DNA of 64,000 bases, from assembly GCA_964247055.1 (NCBI GenBank), contig OZ176054.1, forward strand, positions 2,542,001 to 2,606,000. Reading direction: 5' to 3'. The stretch is from Paragordius varius. Taxonomy: Eukaryota > Animalia > Nematomorpha. Below are positions 1-14,700 of the stretch, in pieces; the stretch's first letter is position 1; each line of letters opens with the position of its first letter. The position numbers were made by a program, and so were the translations under genes. Under the pieces are notes generated by a model. It was not told the origin of the DNA, ran no database searches, and saw only the letters and a program-made list of their open reading frames with translations.

Positions 1-363
1 TAATCGATTCGGATATCCGGAGACAATCTTAACTTCTTGTTATATTTCTCATAAATGATATTACAATATTATGTAATTAAATATTTAATAAATTTGTGTT
101 ATTACATTATTTTATTGAGTTAGATAATTTAATAAAATGGTTGATTTGAGATATTGTATATTTAGTTGTTCTTGTAAAATATTAAATATGAGGAGAGGCT
201 ATGAGACACCATTTTTAACCCGTCCGTGCTTTTACGGGTAGATATGGCGCCACTTGTATTACTCTATTGTCTTGGGATGTCAAAAATTTATCCACCGTAA
301 TTTTTCTGCGGTCCTCACAAAATATTATAATTGTTGATATTATAAAAATAAAAAGATTCTTAC

Positions 364-1042
364 TTTAGAAACAATTTGTAGACTCGTTCTTTTAAAGACT
401 TGTAAGCAACAGAGAATCCTGATACATTTTCTGTAATAAGATTATATGTCTCATCAGGATATATATATGTTTGCATTGTATACCAGAAAAGAAACAATTT
501 CAGTTTTTTTATACCAACTATCTCAAGAGAGGCGTTATTTTTTTTCTCAATACTCTCGCTATAAATTATGACTTAAGCTTTTTCACAACTGGCATAAAAT
601 AAATTTATTAATAATTTCCATTTAAATAAATATATATCAAAAATAATGCTAAATTGTAATAATTAATTTAGAAACCAATTTAAAACCTTTTAATTTTTAC
701 AATTATTGCGTGATGGCATCGTAATACAAGACTAGTATGTAAATGTAATTATGTTTATCAAGATCATCATGCAGAATAAAAAAAATTCAAATTTAAATAA
801 ATATTATAAAAGTGAGTTGAGTATATATGGTATTCTTTGGGCATTGTGTTTTCATGATAATGTAATAAATATAAAACTACTACTGCAATAAATTATATCA
901 ATATAAATGTTACATACATTATTTTAATTACTAGAAAAATAATTTAAATTATATTTGTCTTCATCCGTGTCTGATGTTTTATCCAGGAGTGAACTGTGGT
1001 ACGAAATTGCGATATTACCTTCATACTTTGTTGTCTCTGTGC
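364..1042 (-). CDS. Putative internal exons (1042-932, 430-364) of an unidentified gene that probably continues past the left edge
   Basis: Two AG/GT-bounded segments with compatible phases (1->1, 1->2) read TETTKYEGNIAISYHSSLLDKTSDTDEDKYNLNYFS-KNVSGFSVAYKSLKERVYKLFLK. I recognised no homologue. Confidence 0.3.
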
Positions 1043-1540
1043 CTTGTTATATATAAAAAAGTTTGTAATTTTATTTAATTATGCGGCTTTAACCCAAAAC
1101 ATTTAAGAATTGACCATATAAAAAATATAAATATAAAACACTGCCAAACAGCTGAATAAATCATCAGTACATTCGCCATAATTGATTAAAATATAAATAA
1201 AAAGTATTTTAACGCAAAAAAGTGATAATATATATATTGATACAAACATGAATCAGAATTATCATGGTTGGTTTGGACCTTACGTGTGTTTTTAGGAAAG
1301 TTAATTTTACTTATGTGGTATTTTTCCATATCAATTTCAAAATTACTTGGTGAAACTTAAACTCTTTATTCAAAATATCGATCAAATATATCTATCTATG
1401 TATTAACAAAGCAATAGAATATTTATGCTAATTTTATTTTTTTATATAAGCTCCAATGTCTCAAAATTCTAAACCCTTTCTAAAATCGACTAGTTTTCTT
1501 ATAAATAGGCAAACTCAGGAGATTGCACGATAATAAATTA

Positions 1541-1775
1541 CAGTTTAAATTCACCCTTGAATAATTCAATACCCTAAAATAAATTGTGTGTTTATCTACG
1601 ATTAAAAATTACCTTTATTTATGAAATTCTTAAAATATAAAATTCTGTTTAAAATTAATTAAATGCTGAAAAAACAATAAACTATGTCGTAAAAAAATGA
1701 TGAGTTGCATTAGCCCCAAAACACATTATTCAATTTTAGGGTGAATTTCAACGGTTCAAGGGTGAATTTGAATTG
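1541..1775. mobile_element. MITE of about 235 bp with TA target-site duplication (Tc1/mariner-type)
   Basis: TA|CAGTTTAAATTCACCCTTGAA at the left end and TTCAAGGGTGAATTTGAATTG|TA at the right end form terminal inverted repeats; the interior is non-coding. Confidence 0.7.
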
Positions 1776-2819
1776 TAAATGGTATATTTTTAATATATGT
1801 CAAATTATAGCAAAGCATCATAAAAAGTTATTTAAAAAATGCATATTTTGCTTTTGAATATATATTTTAGCAAAATTTTTAGGGACGTGTTTTATGGTCC
1901 AAACGGTAACACTTTGAGATATTATAAAAATACTTTCATTATATAATACGATGGCTGTAAAAAAACTAGCCAATTTCAGAGCGTTCCAAAATTTTGGGAT
2001 TCCCACATCTAAATTAACATTTTATATAAATATTGTTTTGTGTTTAAAATAAAGTTTTTTTTATAAATTTTTCAGGTATTTCCACCAAAAAAATCATTTT
2101 TCCGACTTTTTGTTCAATCTTTACAAGGGTGTAAATAATTTGTGTAGTAAAACCCGAATCCAAAAGCTCCATGAGATTTTTATCAGAGTATGTACATTTA
2201 TTAGGATATTTATTATGTACACTCATGTAAAATATCAAAACGCTTGATAAAACTCCAATATTTTTAAAGGCGTTTTGAATGCTCCTATAAATTTTAATGT
2301 ATTTATAGCAGCTTCGGTCAAAAACTAAAATTTAGGCCAAAATAGGCTGTAGATTCTTAGCTCTCCTTATATTTATTAGTGTAAATGACTTAGAATTTAG
2401 GAGCTGCATTTTTCAAATAGAGATAGGTATTTTTATTATGTTTTTAAAAATACAAGGCTAAATATTTTAATAGTTTTAAAATTATATGCCACATCTAACC
2501 AAAAGTTTACTTAAGTTTTAGTAGCGTTTAATTAAAATTTGTATACTTTTATATCTTGAGACATAATTTAAATATATTAAGTTTAACAAAACTCCAAAAA
2601 CGCTGTATAAAAATTAATGGAGTTATATTTAAAGCCTTCTGCATTGATAATATCAAGCTTTTTGATGCACATAATAATTAATTATAGGCAAAAATATTAT
2701 TTGATTGGAGTTTGGGTTTATATGGAGTCTGACCCATTATTCTATCTATATATAATTTTGGTCTCTTGAACCATTCAAACAAAATAAATTTGGCCCACCA
2801 ATATTTATATAATATTAGC

Positions 2820-5800
2820 CTAGATAAAACTACGTTTAACGACAACAAATCCAAAAATGGAAAAAGATATGCAAGCGAAAAAAATCAAAACGATCGAGAC
2901 AGCTGAATTATAATATTTTACAAAAATTAGGAACAATTTGAAAAACATCTGGTTAATATTTTTAAAAGCCAAACCTCCAAATGTCAATCCATGTGTTGTT
3001 GCATTTGTATTTATATGACTTGTGGCGTGATAATAAACTTCGCCTTTTTCCATATTATTATTATTATCGGATGGATCGTTATGTAGAACATTTTTAAAAC
3101 TATTAATATTATCATTGAAGTGGCTGGTATCGCTAAGGTTGATAAAAGTTTCACGTTCATAGCTGTTAGCCAATTCAGAAAAGGGTAAAAAACTTTTACG
3201 GTTGATACCTACGGTGATATTATCTTTATTGGTATTTGTATCAAAATAAAAATTTGGACCAGAACCCATTTTATAGGTTGATGGGTTTGGGTTGTGTGCC
3301 ATGCCTGAAAATTGATTTTTTATATTCTCAGCATTATCAATACCTAACTGTAAAGGCTGATTCTGAAGCAGGGCTAAGGGAACAGATGTATCTTCTTTAT
3401 TTAAATTTAGGGCTTGTGAAGGCATTTGTTGGACGACTTGATCGCAATTAAAAATATTGCCTATATTTATAATGATTAACAATTATATATATGATATTTA
3501 ATGAGTTTATATGATTATTTTATATTTATTCCTTAATCTTCTTTTATCGATAAATAATAACTCTAAAATTTATTATTTACGGCTTAAGAAATTTTAATTC
3601 CTCTGTATATATATATATATACATATATATTTATTTTATTGATTTTTGCCACCATGAATTTTTTAGCGAGGTCCTAACTTTTTGATAACGAATGCTATAT
3701 TTAAAAAAAACAGCATCCATAATATATGCTTGTTTAATAGAAGTCTCTGCATTAAAGTATGACTGATAAAAGATCATTAACTCAATAGTAATTTCGTTAT
3801 AAGGCAAGTAAGTATATTGTACTAAAAGTTTTAAGCTTATTAATAAACCATTTTGTGATTAATTTTTTTAGCTTTTGTATCAGTTGGTGCATTTTATAAT
3901 TTTAAATTAATTAAAGCGTTGTAAATGTAAGTACAGCGATATTAGAATTTAAGAAATTAAATTAATAAATCTTCTTTCTTTCTTATACCGCTATACGACA
4001 AGTAGCTTAGGTACCTTGAATGTAGATTAAAATTTGTAAAATCAAAAATTATTCTTCCTACTTCCCATAGTGTTTATTAATCCGCTTCCCCCATTAATGC
4101 TGTGTTGATAATCGGGGAGAGAAATTTCATCGATGGCATCAGTATTTGGTATGCAATTATCAGTAGTATTTCTCGAACATAAAGGGTTATTTCCTAGCGA
4201 AAAATTGGTATTAATATTATTATTTATTAGCGTTGAATGAGATGTGCCTTGACCAACAGTCGTCGATGATGATAAATCTATTGGCCTCATCACTGGTCTA
4301 ATACGGCGACTATGACGAAAAAAATGCCGTCTTGCCCCTAAAGCACTCAGCTGTTTCATACGTCGTTCTTTAGATCGGCGATTCTGAAACCAAACCTATA
4401 AAAGCAAAAAATTCTTAGTTAATATGATGTATATGTCCCACTTAAAATTATCGGAAGGGGCGTAAAAGAGAAGGGATTAATAATCGATGACGCTTCTTGT
4501 GGGCAAAATATAAAATCGTTTTTACAGGCCAATAAAAATTTATTAAATATAAGGTAAACGTTTTATTGAAATTAAACATTAAAAGGTTAATTTAACCTAA
4601 AATTGCATTTCCCATTAAATTTTAGGAATATATTAATTTATCCATCCGTTTTACTTTTCTCAACTTATTGAATCACTGATGTTACAAAGTTGTCTGCTGT
4701 TAAGCGTTATTGCCTTTAATTCGCTTATCAGCCGTTTACTTCCAAGCTTAATAAAGAGTTTATCTTGGATTTTTTTTAAAAAACGGTTATATCAGAAATA
4801 TTAATTTAAATAAATTATAAATTACATTACTCTTAATTGGTTTTTTCTCATAATTTAATTAAAAAATCATTGATAGAATCATAGCGTGAAACATGCTTTG
4901 TAAATCATAACTCTTTTAATTTTTTTCGATAAATTTGCAAACATAACAAATATGTTGTGAAAATTTATCATGAAAAGCAATTCGTAACATTTTTAATTAA
5001 CCAAAACACTTAGGAATGAATAGCTCATTTTATTTCGGTTAAAATAATATAAATTTTAATTAGTAAAATATAAATTTTGTAACAATTATGTTACCATATA
5101 TTATCCTATGTGATGAAAAACTGTGTAGATGTTGAATTAGAAACAATTTAGCAAAGTACGGTGAATTCATTAAAAAAATTTTCATATTATTCTAATAAGA
5201 AAATTAAAAGCTTCTATTGTTACAACATATTTTTAAATAATAATTTTGGTAATACAAAATCAGCTATTTTAAGACAATTCATATTGTATTTGTTTTAAAA
5301 GAATCATGTGTTTTACCTGTATAACTCGCATATTAAGTCCTGTGTCACGAGCTAATTGCTCTCTAATGTGTCTCGTAGGTTTTGGTGTGTTCGAGAAGGC
5401 CGTTTTTAGCGTTTCAAGCTGTTTGGCTTTTATGGTGGTTCGCGGACCGCGGCGTTTATTATTATTAGTACTGCTGCTACATCCTGTTCCAGCAATCATT
5501 AAACTACTGTTACTACTTGACAAACCACCGACAGAATTCGGAAAATAATTTCCATCTATTTTTGCAAAATAAATGGTTTTTAGTTCACTTATATTTAAAG
5601 TTTTTATTAGCCAAAACGCAAAAATTGTTGGGAGTTAGTTAAGGAATTTAATTGTTAAATATGATCGTAGATAAATGAATAGGTAAATTATTTATCGACT
5701 GTGTGGCATAATATCATATTAGTAAATCTTTAATTTAACAGATGCCTTTTCAAAAAATAATTACCGAAATGGGTATTAAACAAAAATTATGGGGAATACT

Positions 5801-8800
5801 ACAGATTTATATTTTAGCCCTTTAGAAATTCTTATGTGCAAGCCTATTTCGCTAATTTTTTTGTTTCTATAATTGGTTCACAATCAATTATAATCTTAAA
5901 AATTAATAATGTTTTATCATATCATAGAGTAAAATTATAAATTTTACCTTTGTTAAGATTGTAGGAAGGATGTTTGACGTCTCCAAGGCCGCCCCCAGTT
6001 CCCAAAGGATACATTGCTTGTTGTTCATTAGCACCGTTTGTATTGTAGTAGGAGGCGGAGGACGGAACGGCATTACCAGAAAAAGCTACATTTTGTGACA
6101 TAAGCTCCTCTCCACCAATTCCAGTGATGGTCTCATTTTTAAGGCCTTTTTTATTGTAATAAGCAGGATGGCGACCAGTTAATAATTCACTGTTTAGTGC
6201 ATACAAGTCTGTACTAGTTTGATCATCTGAGAGATTATCAACCTCATCATCTATATCTTCGTCTGGGTCATCCAGAACGTCATCAACTTCATCATCGGAA
6301 AATTCGTCGTTTAAATCGCCCTCCATTTTGTCGTCGTAATCCTGTTCAAATTCGTCTTCTTCGGTTAATGGTTCTTCTACTATGGTATTTTCGTCTAGAT
6401 CCGATGAGACATCATTTGCTTGAGCGACATATGTTGTCTTTTCTTCACTTTGTTGTCCATCTTTGTTAATAGTGTTTGTGGCTAAAAATTGATGTTGTAT
6501 ATTTAAATTGTATTCATATCATTGCATTAAAACGGAGTTTAAGATGTCGTTTATACCGCGCATGGAAATCGACCTATCGTGCCAACAATTTTTCACCCAT
6601 TGATTAAAAAAGGTTTTTTTATATTGTCACAATTTTTTAAGATTTCCAAAAAAGCCCGATGATATCCTACAAAATAAGCCATATGACTAAATAAAATGTA
6701 AAATAAATCATTTAAATATCCCTCTACCTTTTGTCATCTCGATGGAAGAGGTGAGTGTTGGACATTTACTGGTCTCATTTGTGTTTGGATCAATGCTACC
6801 CGTTTTATTTTGGACTTTTTTACGTTTCGTATTGGTGATGCTAGTTGCAACATTGTGTTTTTGTTTCAAATGTTCAAATTGATTGATAAAACTGTACTTT
6901 GATAGGAATGGCGAAACATTCTTAATACCTTTGCTAGTTTTGGGTGAATTTTTGCTAAAATCCCCAATATTATTGCTTTTGTCAAATGTATTTATAGTGT
7001 CTTTAAAGTTTTTGCAAGTGGTGTCACTCAATGTCTTGTCATTATTGGAGACATTTTTGGTATTTTGAAGTAATACCTGTGGTGCGGAAGCGTTTTTATT
7101 CTCTCTTTCAGTATTATGCGTAATATTATTATATATATCGTTTGTGTTGGTGGCTATTTAAATAATTTATAAAATAGTAATGATAAAATAAAATTATTAT
7201 ATTTCCAAAAAAATTAATGACTTACAACTATTTGAGCATGAGAAAAAATTTAAATAATCATCGCGACAAATGTATTGTTTCTCGTCAAACACATAAAGTT
7301 GTTCTCCGGTTGAAACTTGCCTCCGACAAATCATGCAAACGAAACATTTGATATGGAAAACGGCATTCCTTGCTCTTCTGACCAAATCTGTAGGACTGAG
7401 TCCTAAACCACATCCACTGCACTTTGTTCCATACCGTCTAAAAAATAATTTATTTTAATTTTATTATCATTTATCTGTTTTAAATATGGATTTGAAAAAA
7501 TTTTTTAGATACACTGAACAATGGGCTTTCAGAATTGAAAAATTGAAGTTCAAACGCCATTTAGGAAAAATAAATGCAAAAAAGGTCGCAAACACCTTAT
7601 TAACAATATTTTAGCTATATTTATATAAATATGAAGTTAAACGCCTTAAATATCTTCTGCTTAAATTAAACCATCCAACGTAACCCCAATAATTTTAAAA
7701 TTAAAAAAATACTTTTTTGGGATTTTGCTAAATATTGTCAACTCTTATCTCAAAAGCCTCATAACTTGGGGAAACATACAATTTAGATATAAAATTTACT
7801 AGTATAATCATGAAAATTTTAGTCAATTTATAATTTTGCCTAAGTAACGCTAAGTTTTGAATACATGGCATCCTTTATTTATTTATCAGCATAGGAATAC
7901 TATGAGAAGTTTTTTTAAAATATAGGCTGTATTTTATCCATTGTAAACTTATTATTTAATTTAATTTTTAAAAATACCGAAGCTTTTACAAAAATAGCAT
8001 GTAAAAAAATTAGTAAACAATCTTTTTTTAGAAAAGCTTAGAGTTTTACCTATTTTAGGCTTTGACAATTCTAAATATTATTATGTTTACCGTAAAAAAT
8101 TTGAGCGGTTAATTTTATGTTTCAAAAAATTAAAGAAAACGGATAATCACCTGTTTGGCACATTTATTTGCATTCATTTCTTTTATATGGCTTACTGAAA
8201 AGCCCACCAATTATATTTAACTCTTGAGTCGCCAAAACGAACAAACTGATTCCAAAAATTGGCCGCTATGAATAGCATACTTGTGAAAAAAAATTATTTG
8301 TATTGCTTCTAGTACCCTAAACTTAAGTCTCAATTAATAATTAGGGATGCATTGATATTTTGTGCTTAAGGTAATTTAAACACAATACAATTTAATATAT
8401 TACATGCTAAATTTTATAATATAATGACGCATGATATAACCCACTTCCGTTGAAAAAATATATTTCCGATTTTTACAATTAATGCGCTTGTATTGTCCGA
8501 ACATTTCTTAAACTTTTGAATAAAAGTATATCCAGATTGTTAAAAAACCTTTTGAAAATTTTACATGTATACTGTGTGCCAGATTGCAAACAATATACAA
8601 AATTACAATACATTGTTTCGTTTTGGGTCTAGCAAGTCTAGTCAAGCAAAAAGTAATACGGTAAATATTTGAATAAATTATACCATCATCATATTATAAA
8701 AAAAGTAAAAGATATAATTTATTAAGTTGTTAACAAACATTTATTTATTGCTTTGGAGTAAATTATTTTTAAGGTTAATAATTCATATAACCTCTAACAC

Positions 8801-11725
8801 ATATGTTTCAAGTGCATAGACATACACCAATTTTTTTCGGCATTTTTTCGTCAAAGAAAAAAATGCCCTAAAGCTTTTCACAATGTGTGTGAAACTTACA
8901 TATTTATTGATGTAATTATGATGCTTACTTTAACTAAAACAAATTTATTTAAAATTGAATCTAAAACAATAATAATTTATAGGCACTTAGAGCCAGTGAA
9001 TGAGCAATAAAATGGCTGTGATAACATACGTTAAAATGAAATGGAAAATAGTCACCATTTTTATGGCTCAGAAAAATTAAAACCCTTTAACTAAAAAAGA
9101 TATGGGAAACTATGAATTTAATAAAGTCTATTTTAAAACGTGGGATGGTTCTTACTATAAGCATATCGGCTACATAATATATTATGTCCCAATTGGTCAA
9201 TTTTTTAACATTCTAATTAGCTAATCAGTTGAGTACTTTCACTCTTTAGTCGGTGTTGCAAATGTTGTTCAGCGTTAGACTATTTCAGGATAATATATCA
9301 GAATACTGATCTTTTAGCAAAAATATTGAATGAAAGAGGAAGCACATCCTAAATAAGTTAGTAAACACCCTCACATATTTATTGAAAAGTAAAAGCTATT
9401 CATGATTATGTGGTCGCTTTGACTGTCTTTTTTGCAAACGCCATCAGTCTATATCGCCGACGAGTTTAGTAATATCGTTAGTTGACATCAAATAATATGT
9501 TTAATATAGTATATTTTATATGGTATTTAACATTTTATGAAATATTTTGGTAATTATAGATTTAAATATATATAATCCGTATTTGATAATTAACTATTAT
9601 ACTTTTAAATTCATAATTTTTATACAATACGGTTTAACAAATAATACTGGAACTAATAAATTATGATTGGTCGAATTAACTTGGACCCTTTTTTTATACA
9701 AAAATATATAATTTTAAAAATTGGTTCTTTGTTATTGTGAACTCTTCTCTCTAGCCATCATAGTATTTATTATTGATTGGGATTGATTTTAGATTTTGAT
9801 AAAAAAATCATTTCCGTTTCCTCGAAATCTATATATTTATAAAAATGGAAAATGCTGGCTTTGTGATCTGGTACAGGAAAACCGGTAGACCCAATCAAAT
9901 CCAAATATCGAAAAAATATAATCATTAATGAATGCCCCGACAATAGCTTCGCCCTTTTTTTGAAATAGGCCCCCAGTTCGGGCCCACCCCGTATGAAAAA
10001 CGGGTTTTTTTTGAAAACAGAAGTCCACAAAATCGTGTTTTTGAGACAATTTTCCGGAGAACGTGTTGGACCATTCAATTTCAAATATGATTTTTGTTTA
10101 CTTATTTTCGATTGCGCCGAACATAGTCGAGTCACTTTTTTGATTTAGGCCCTCTTTTTACCCGCTCCCCCCGTAAAATGCCATTTTTTTCAAAAAACTA
10201 AGTCCACAAAAATAATTTTCTAAATCGATTTTTCGCCCTAGGTATGAGACCGTAAAAATTCAATAAAGATTCCACGTATTCCCTGTTAAAAGGCAAAAAT
10301 TTTAGTCCACCGTTTATTTGATGATAGCTGCTGGGTAAGGAGCTACCCGCTAAAAACTGATTTTTCATATAACTTTGTGAACTGTTTCCGGAAAACCGGT
10401 GATCCCAATCAAATCCAAATATCGAAAAAATATAATCATTAATGAATGCCCCGACAATAGCTTCGCCCTTTTTTGGAATTAGGTCCCCAGTTCGGGCCCA
10501 CCCCGTGTGAAAAATGGGTTAAGTCAATTTTTTGGAGAACGTGTTGGACCATTCAATTTCAAATATGAATTTTGTTTACTTATTTTCGATTGCGCCGAAC
10601 ATAGTCGAGTCACTTTTTTGATTTAGGCCCTCTTTTTACCCGCTCCCCCCGTAAAATGCCATTTTTTTCAAAAAACTAAGTCCACAAAAATAATTTTCTA
10701 AATCGATTTTTCGCCCTAGGTATGAGACCGTAAAAATTCGAGAAAGATTTTTCGTATTGCCTGTTAAAAGGCAAAAATTTTAGTCAAGCGATTCTTTGAT
10801 GATAGATGCTGAGTAAGGAGTATCTATCATATGCATAGCATGTTAAAAGATATATGGATATCAATACATTATTTATCCTCATCTATATATTTATAAAAAT
10901 GGAAAATGCTGGCTTTGTGATCTGGTACAGGAAAACCGGTAGACCCAATCAAATCCAAATATCGAAAAAATATAATCATTAATGAATGCCCCGACAATAG
11001 CTTCGCCCTTTTTTTGAAATAGGCCCCCAGTTCGGGCCCACCCCGTATGAAAAACGGGTTTTTTTTGAAAACAGAAGTCCACAAAATCGTGTTTTTGAGA
11101 CAATTTTCCGGAGAACGTGTTGGACCATTCGATTTCAAATATGATTTTTGTTTACTTATTTTCGATTGCGCCGAACATAGTCGAGTCACTTTTTTGATTT
11201 AGGCCCTCTTTTTACCCGCTCCCCCCGTAAAATGCCATTTTTTTCAAAAAACAAAGTCCACAAAAATAATTTTCTAAATCGATTTTTCGCCCTAGGTATG
11301 AGACCGTAAAAATTCAATAAAGATTCCACGTATTCCCTGTTAAAAGGCAAAAATTTTAGACAAGCGTTTCTTTGATGATAGATGCTGAGTAAGGAGTATC
11401 TATCATATGTATAGCATGTTAAAAGATATATGGATATTAATACATTATTTATGGTAATCTATATATTTATAAAAATGGAAAATGCTGGCTTTGTGATCTG
11501 GTACAGGAAAACCGGTAGACCCAATCAAATCCAAACTTCGAACCCCCCCCTCCCCAGAAGTCCGAAGGACTTCCTCGGGCTGCGTAGCAGCACGAGATTC
11601 ACGCTAGTATATAATATAATCAATACTAAATTTACATTCATTTGTATATGATATTTATATTAACCTTATTTTTTTAACAATTTTTTAAACTAAAAAACAG
11701 GCCATTAACCCTTGACTGTTTTTAT

Positions 11726-11767
<42 letters not shown>

Positions 11768-14700
11768 TTAGTTATGATGGTAATTTTAAAATAGTCGTAC
11801 TACATATATCATTATAAATATTTGGATTTTACCTGTTGTAAAAAAATGTGTAAAAAAATCCCGAAAAAATTTAATTTTCCAAAACAACGCAATAATATAT
11901 TTTATAGTGTTTGTTCTTTCCCTCAAAATATTCCCAATTCACCACACATACCCTTTTAAATCTTTAAATTCCCTTTGAAATGCAAAAAAACCCATAAAAT
12001 CATGGTTAAATTTGCTTTTTTATATGAATTAAATTTTTTCATTTCGGCTTTCGATTTACCTGTAAATTTTTATATACTCTATCTCTACGATATTTTATCA
12101 TTACATTGGATTTTGACTAAGCACAGCAAAAGATTGCTTCAATTCAAATGCGTTGCTTAAAAAACTACTTTATTTAAAACCCCATATATTTTGCTACAAA
12201 ACTAATCAAATTTAGAGTTTTTTAAAGTTGCCAATTTGTGTACCAGAGTTATGGTGAAAGCAGTAAGTATGAAAATTCATACAATGTTTTATTTTATGCT
12301 TGAAATACGAGTCTTTTATTTTAAGAATATTTTATTGAAATAATGACGCTCTGTATCAAAAAGGAAATAAATCAACCCAAAAAGATAAAATCTTTTATGA
12401 TGTAAGTTAAAGGAAGAACGCTAAAACAATGACTGCACTATCTATTGTTAATCATCCCAAAATCTAAAAGTTAATTTTCTTGCCCAAATTTTTCCACATC
12501 ATATTGTTAAGGGGTTAGTGACGCGTTCGTTTACTATTTGGCTTAATTTATCTTAGCTAAAAAGACATAACCAACCAAGCATGCATATTTTATTTAGGAA
12601 AAATAAAAATTTGATATCTCTATTTTTAATCGGAAATGGTTGTGGCTTCAATATTATTCATATGTATCGTTTTGGTTAAGCTTTTAAGTTTATTCAGAAT
12701 CAATATTTTTAAAGATGGCTTGCTTCTATCGGAAATCGTTTTTTTAGTAGCCATCAAAAAATTATTTATTTTTTAGTAAAAATAAATATTCTATTGAGGA
12801 AAGTTTTAAACAAATATTTAAAAAAATGTCTATATTTGCCAAAAAATGAATGATAAAATTTTTATCATTCCAATCTAAATTGATTTTTAATGGACATTCT
12901 GTCTTTCTTCCTTTTTAATAGATTTTTAGTTATTTTGTTGACAATGTGTTGAAAGACTATCTCTAGACACACAAAAAATGTCCAAATTCTGTCCTCTATG
13001 CTACTGAGGCAAAAATTTATTCACCATAGGGAATTGTAAAAAAAACTTTTGTGACTATATATACTATTTAACACAAAATTATTTCTAGAATATTTTTATG
13101 TACTCTAAAAATTTGTTTGCATAACATTCCAAAGAATCAATTAATATATATATTGAAATGCCAGAATGTATCATGCGCTTAAGTTTTATAAATAAAAGTG
13201 TTAAATAATAGATAGAGATTGAACAGTCTGCTTGGTTAAATGACAAAAAAACTGTGTGCCGCAAACGCTTTTAAGATTGTGATTAACAATCACATTAAAA
13301 ATTGAAATTATACAGAAAAAGCGTAAAAACCAAAAGAAAAATATTTTTTTCTAAAAGAATACTATGTTTTATTAAAATTGATTATTACTAATCGTGTTGG
13401 GTTAAAAAATAGGAATAAAGTTGTAAAATACTTTGAACATTTCATAACCTTTTAACTTTTTGTCCGCGATGACATATTGCAGTAGTTTTTTTATCCCGGA
13501 ACTCGATGCTGTAAATAAACTGCTGAAAACATGTCAGTTAAAATTTTATTATCAAACATTCTTCTTTTCTATTAGATAAAAAAGCTTATATTCTTTACAA
13601 TTTTCATAGCTTCTTGAGTCTAAAATTTATACAGAACCAAAACACGATTAAATTAAACAGCTGATTTTAAAATCACTAAATATCCACTTTTCATGGTAAA
13701 ATGCAATCCGAAAGCTTACTAAATATATACATTTTTTAACCATAATAAACATTTATTTGCCTATAATATAAGCGTTTTAAAATAAATTAAAGATAAAAAA
13801 TGGCGGCGAAAAAGTTTGAGATGGAAATTATATTACAATTTGCATTGTTTTAAAAAAAAATTTTATGCGCCTAGGCTAAAGAAAGCATATTGTTAAATTC
13901 GGCCCAATACCTTAAATACTTTATAAGATATTCAAATTTAAAATCGCTCTGGAATATAAAACTAACCCAAAAGGTCATGAAGTGTTATTATACCATTTAG
14001 AATCGTAATTAACAGTGTATATGTGAGAAAAATCAAGGTTAGAAAATGTATAGCGGTTTTTTTTGAAAAAAACATATTTATCTTTATGTTTTTTGTCTAC
14101 ATTACTTTCTAAAATATTTTGTATTAAAGTAAATAATTGTCAAAATTTTGTGGAAAAAAATTAATTATCTGTTTTCAAAAGGAAGGTGTCTAACCAATAT
14201 TACATTATTTTCCCTCTTTCTTTATCTAAATTCATGAACTCCGCACACAACCAAAACAAAAATAATTGGTTTTTTTTGCTGTTAGCTTTAATGCAAAAAA
14301 AATTAATTTTTATTAAAAAAATAATTATAGGGTTGATGATTTTTTTGGTTTAAATATAGTGTTTTTGAAGTGACAAATGTTTATTTCATATATATAAATT
14401 ATAATTAGTTTTTTTAAAAATGTTATATATACATGAAACAGAGACAGCCAAAAAAGCTATTAAAATTTAGACAAATTGACTCTCAAGTTATATTATATAG
14501 TGTGTGAGAAATAAAATAAATTATATATACATCTTTTTTCTTTTGAGAGGAAAACACATTTTTTTAAAAGCGGTGGTAAATTATATCTCTTAGCTTTGAA
14601 AACTTTAAAAAACCAAACTTTTATATTTGATGACACTTCATAATGGCAAAGACAAATATTTCAATTTTAGCATTATATAATATTTTTTAATTTAATTTTT

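Noticed and set aside
1818-2006. ORF beginning MGIPKF, reminiscent of XRN/PIN N-termini
   Set aside because: The first codon is GTG, not ATG, and no downstream nuclease motifs follow.
2077-2130. Plus-strand VFPPKKSFFRLFVQSLQ, resembling the PMCA PPKKPKTFLQLV motif
   Set aside because: It is a short isolated match, and no other P-type ATPase exons were found nearby.
9770-11189. Duplicated ORFs of 121, 106 and 70 aa (MTRLCSAQ..., MSQKHDFV...)
   Set aside because: They lie antisense within the Helitron tandem repeat, have no recognisable domain and are duplicated only because the repeat is.
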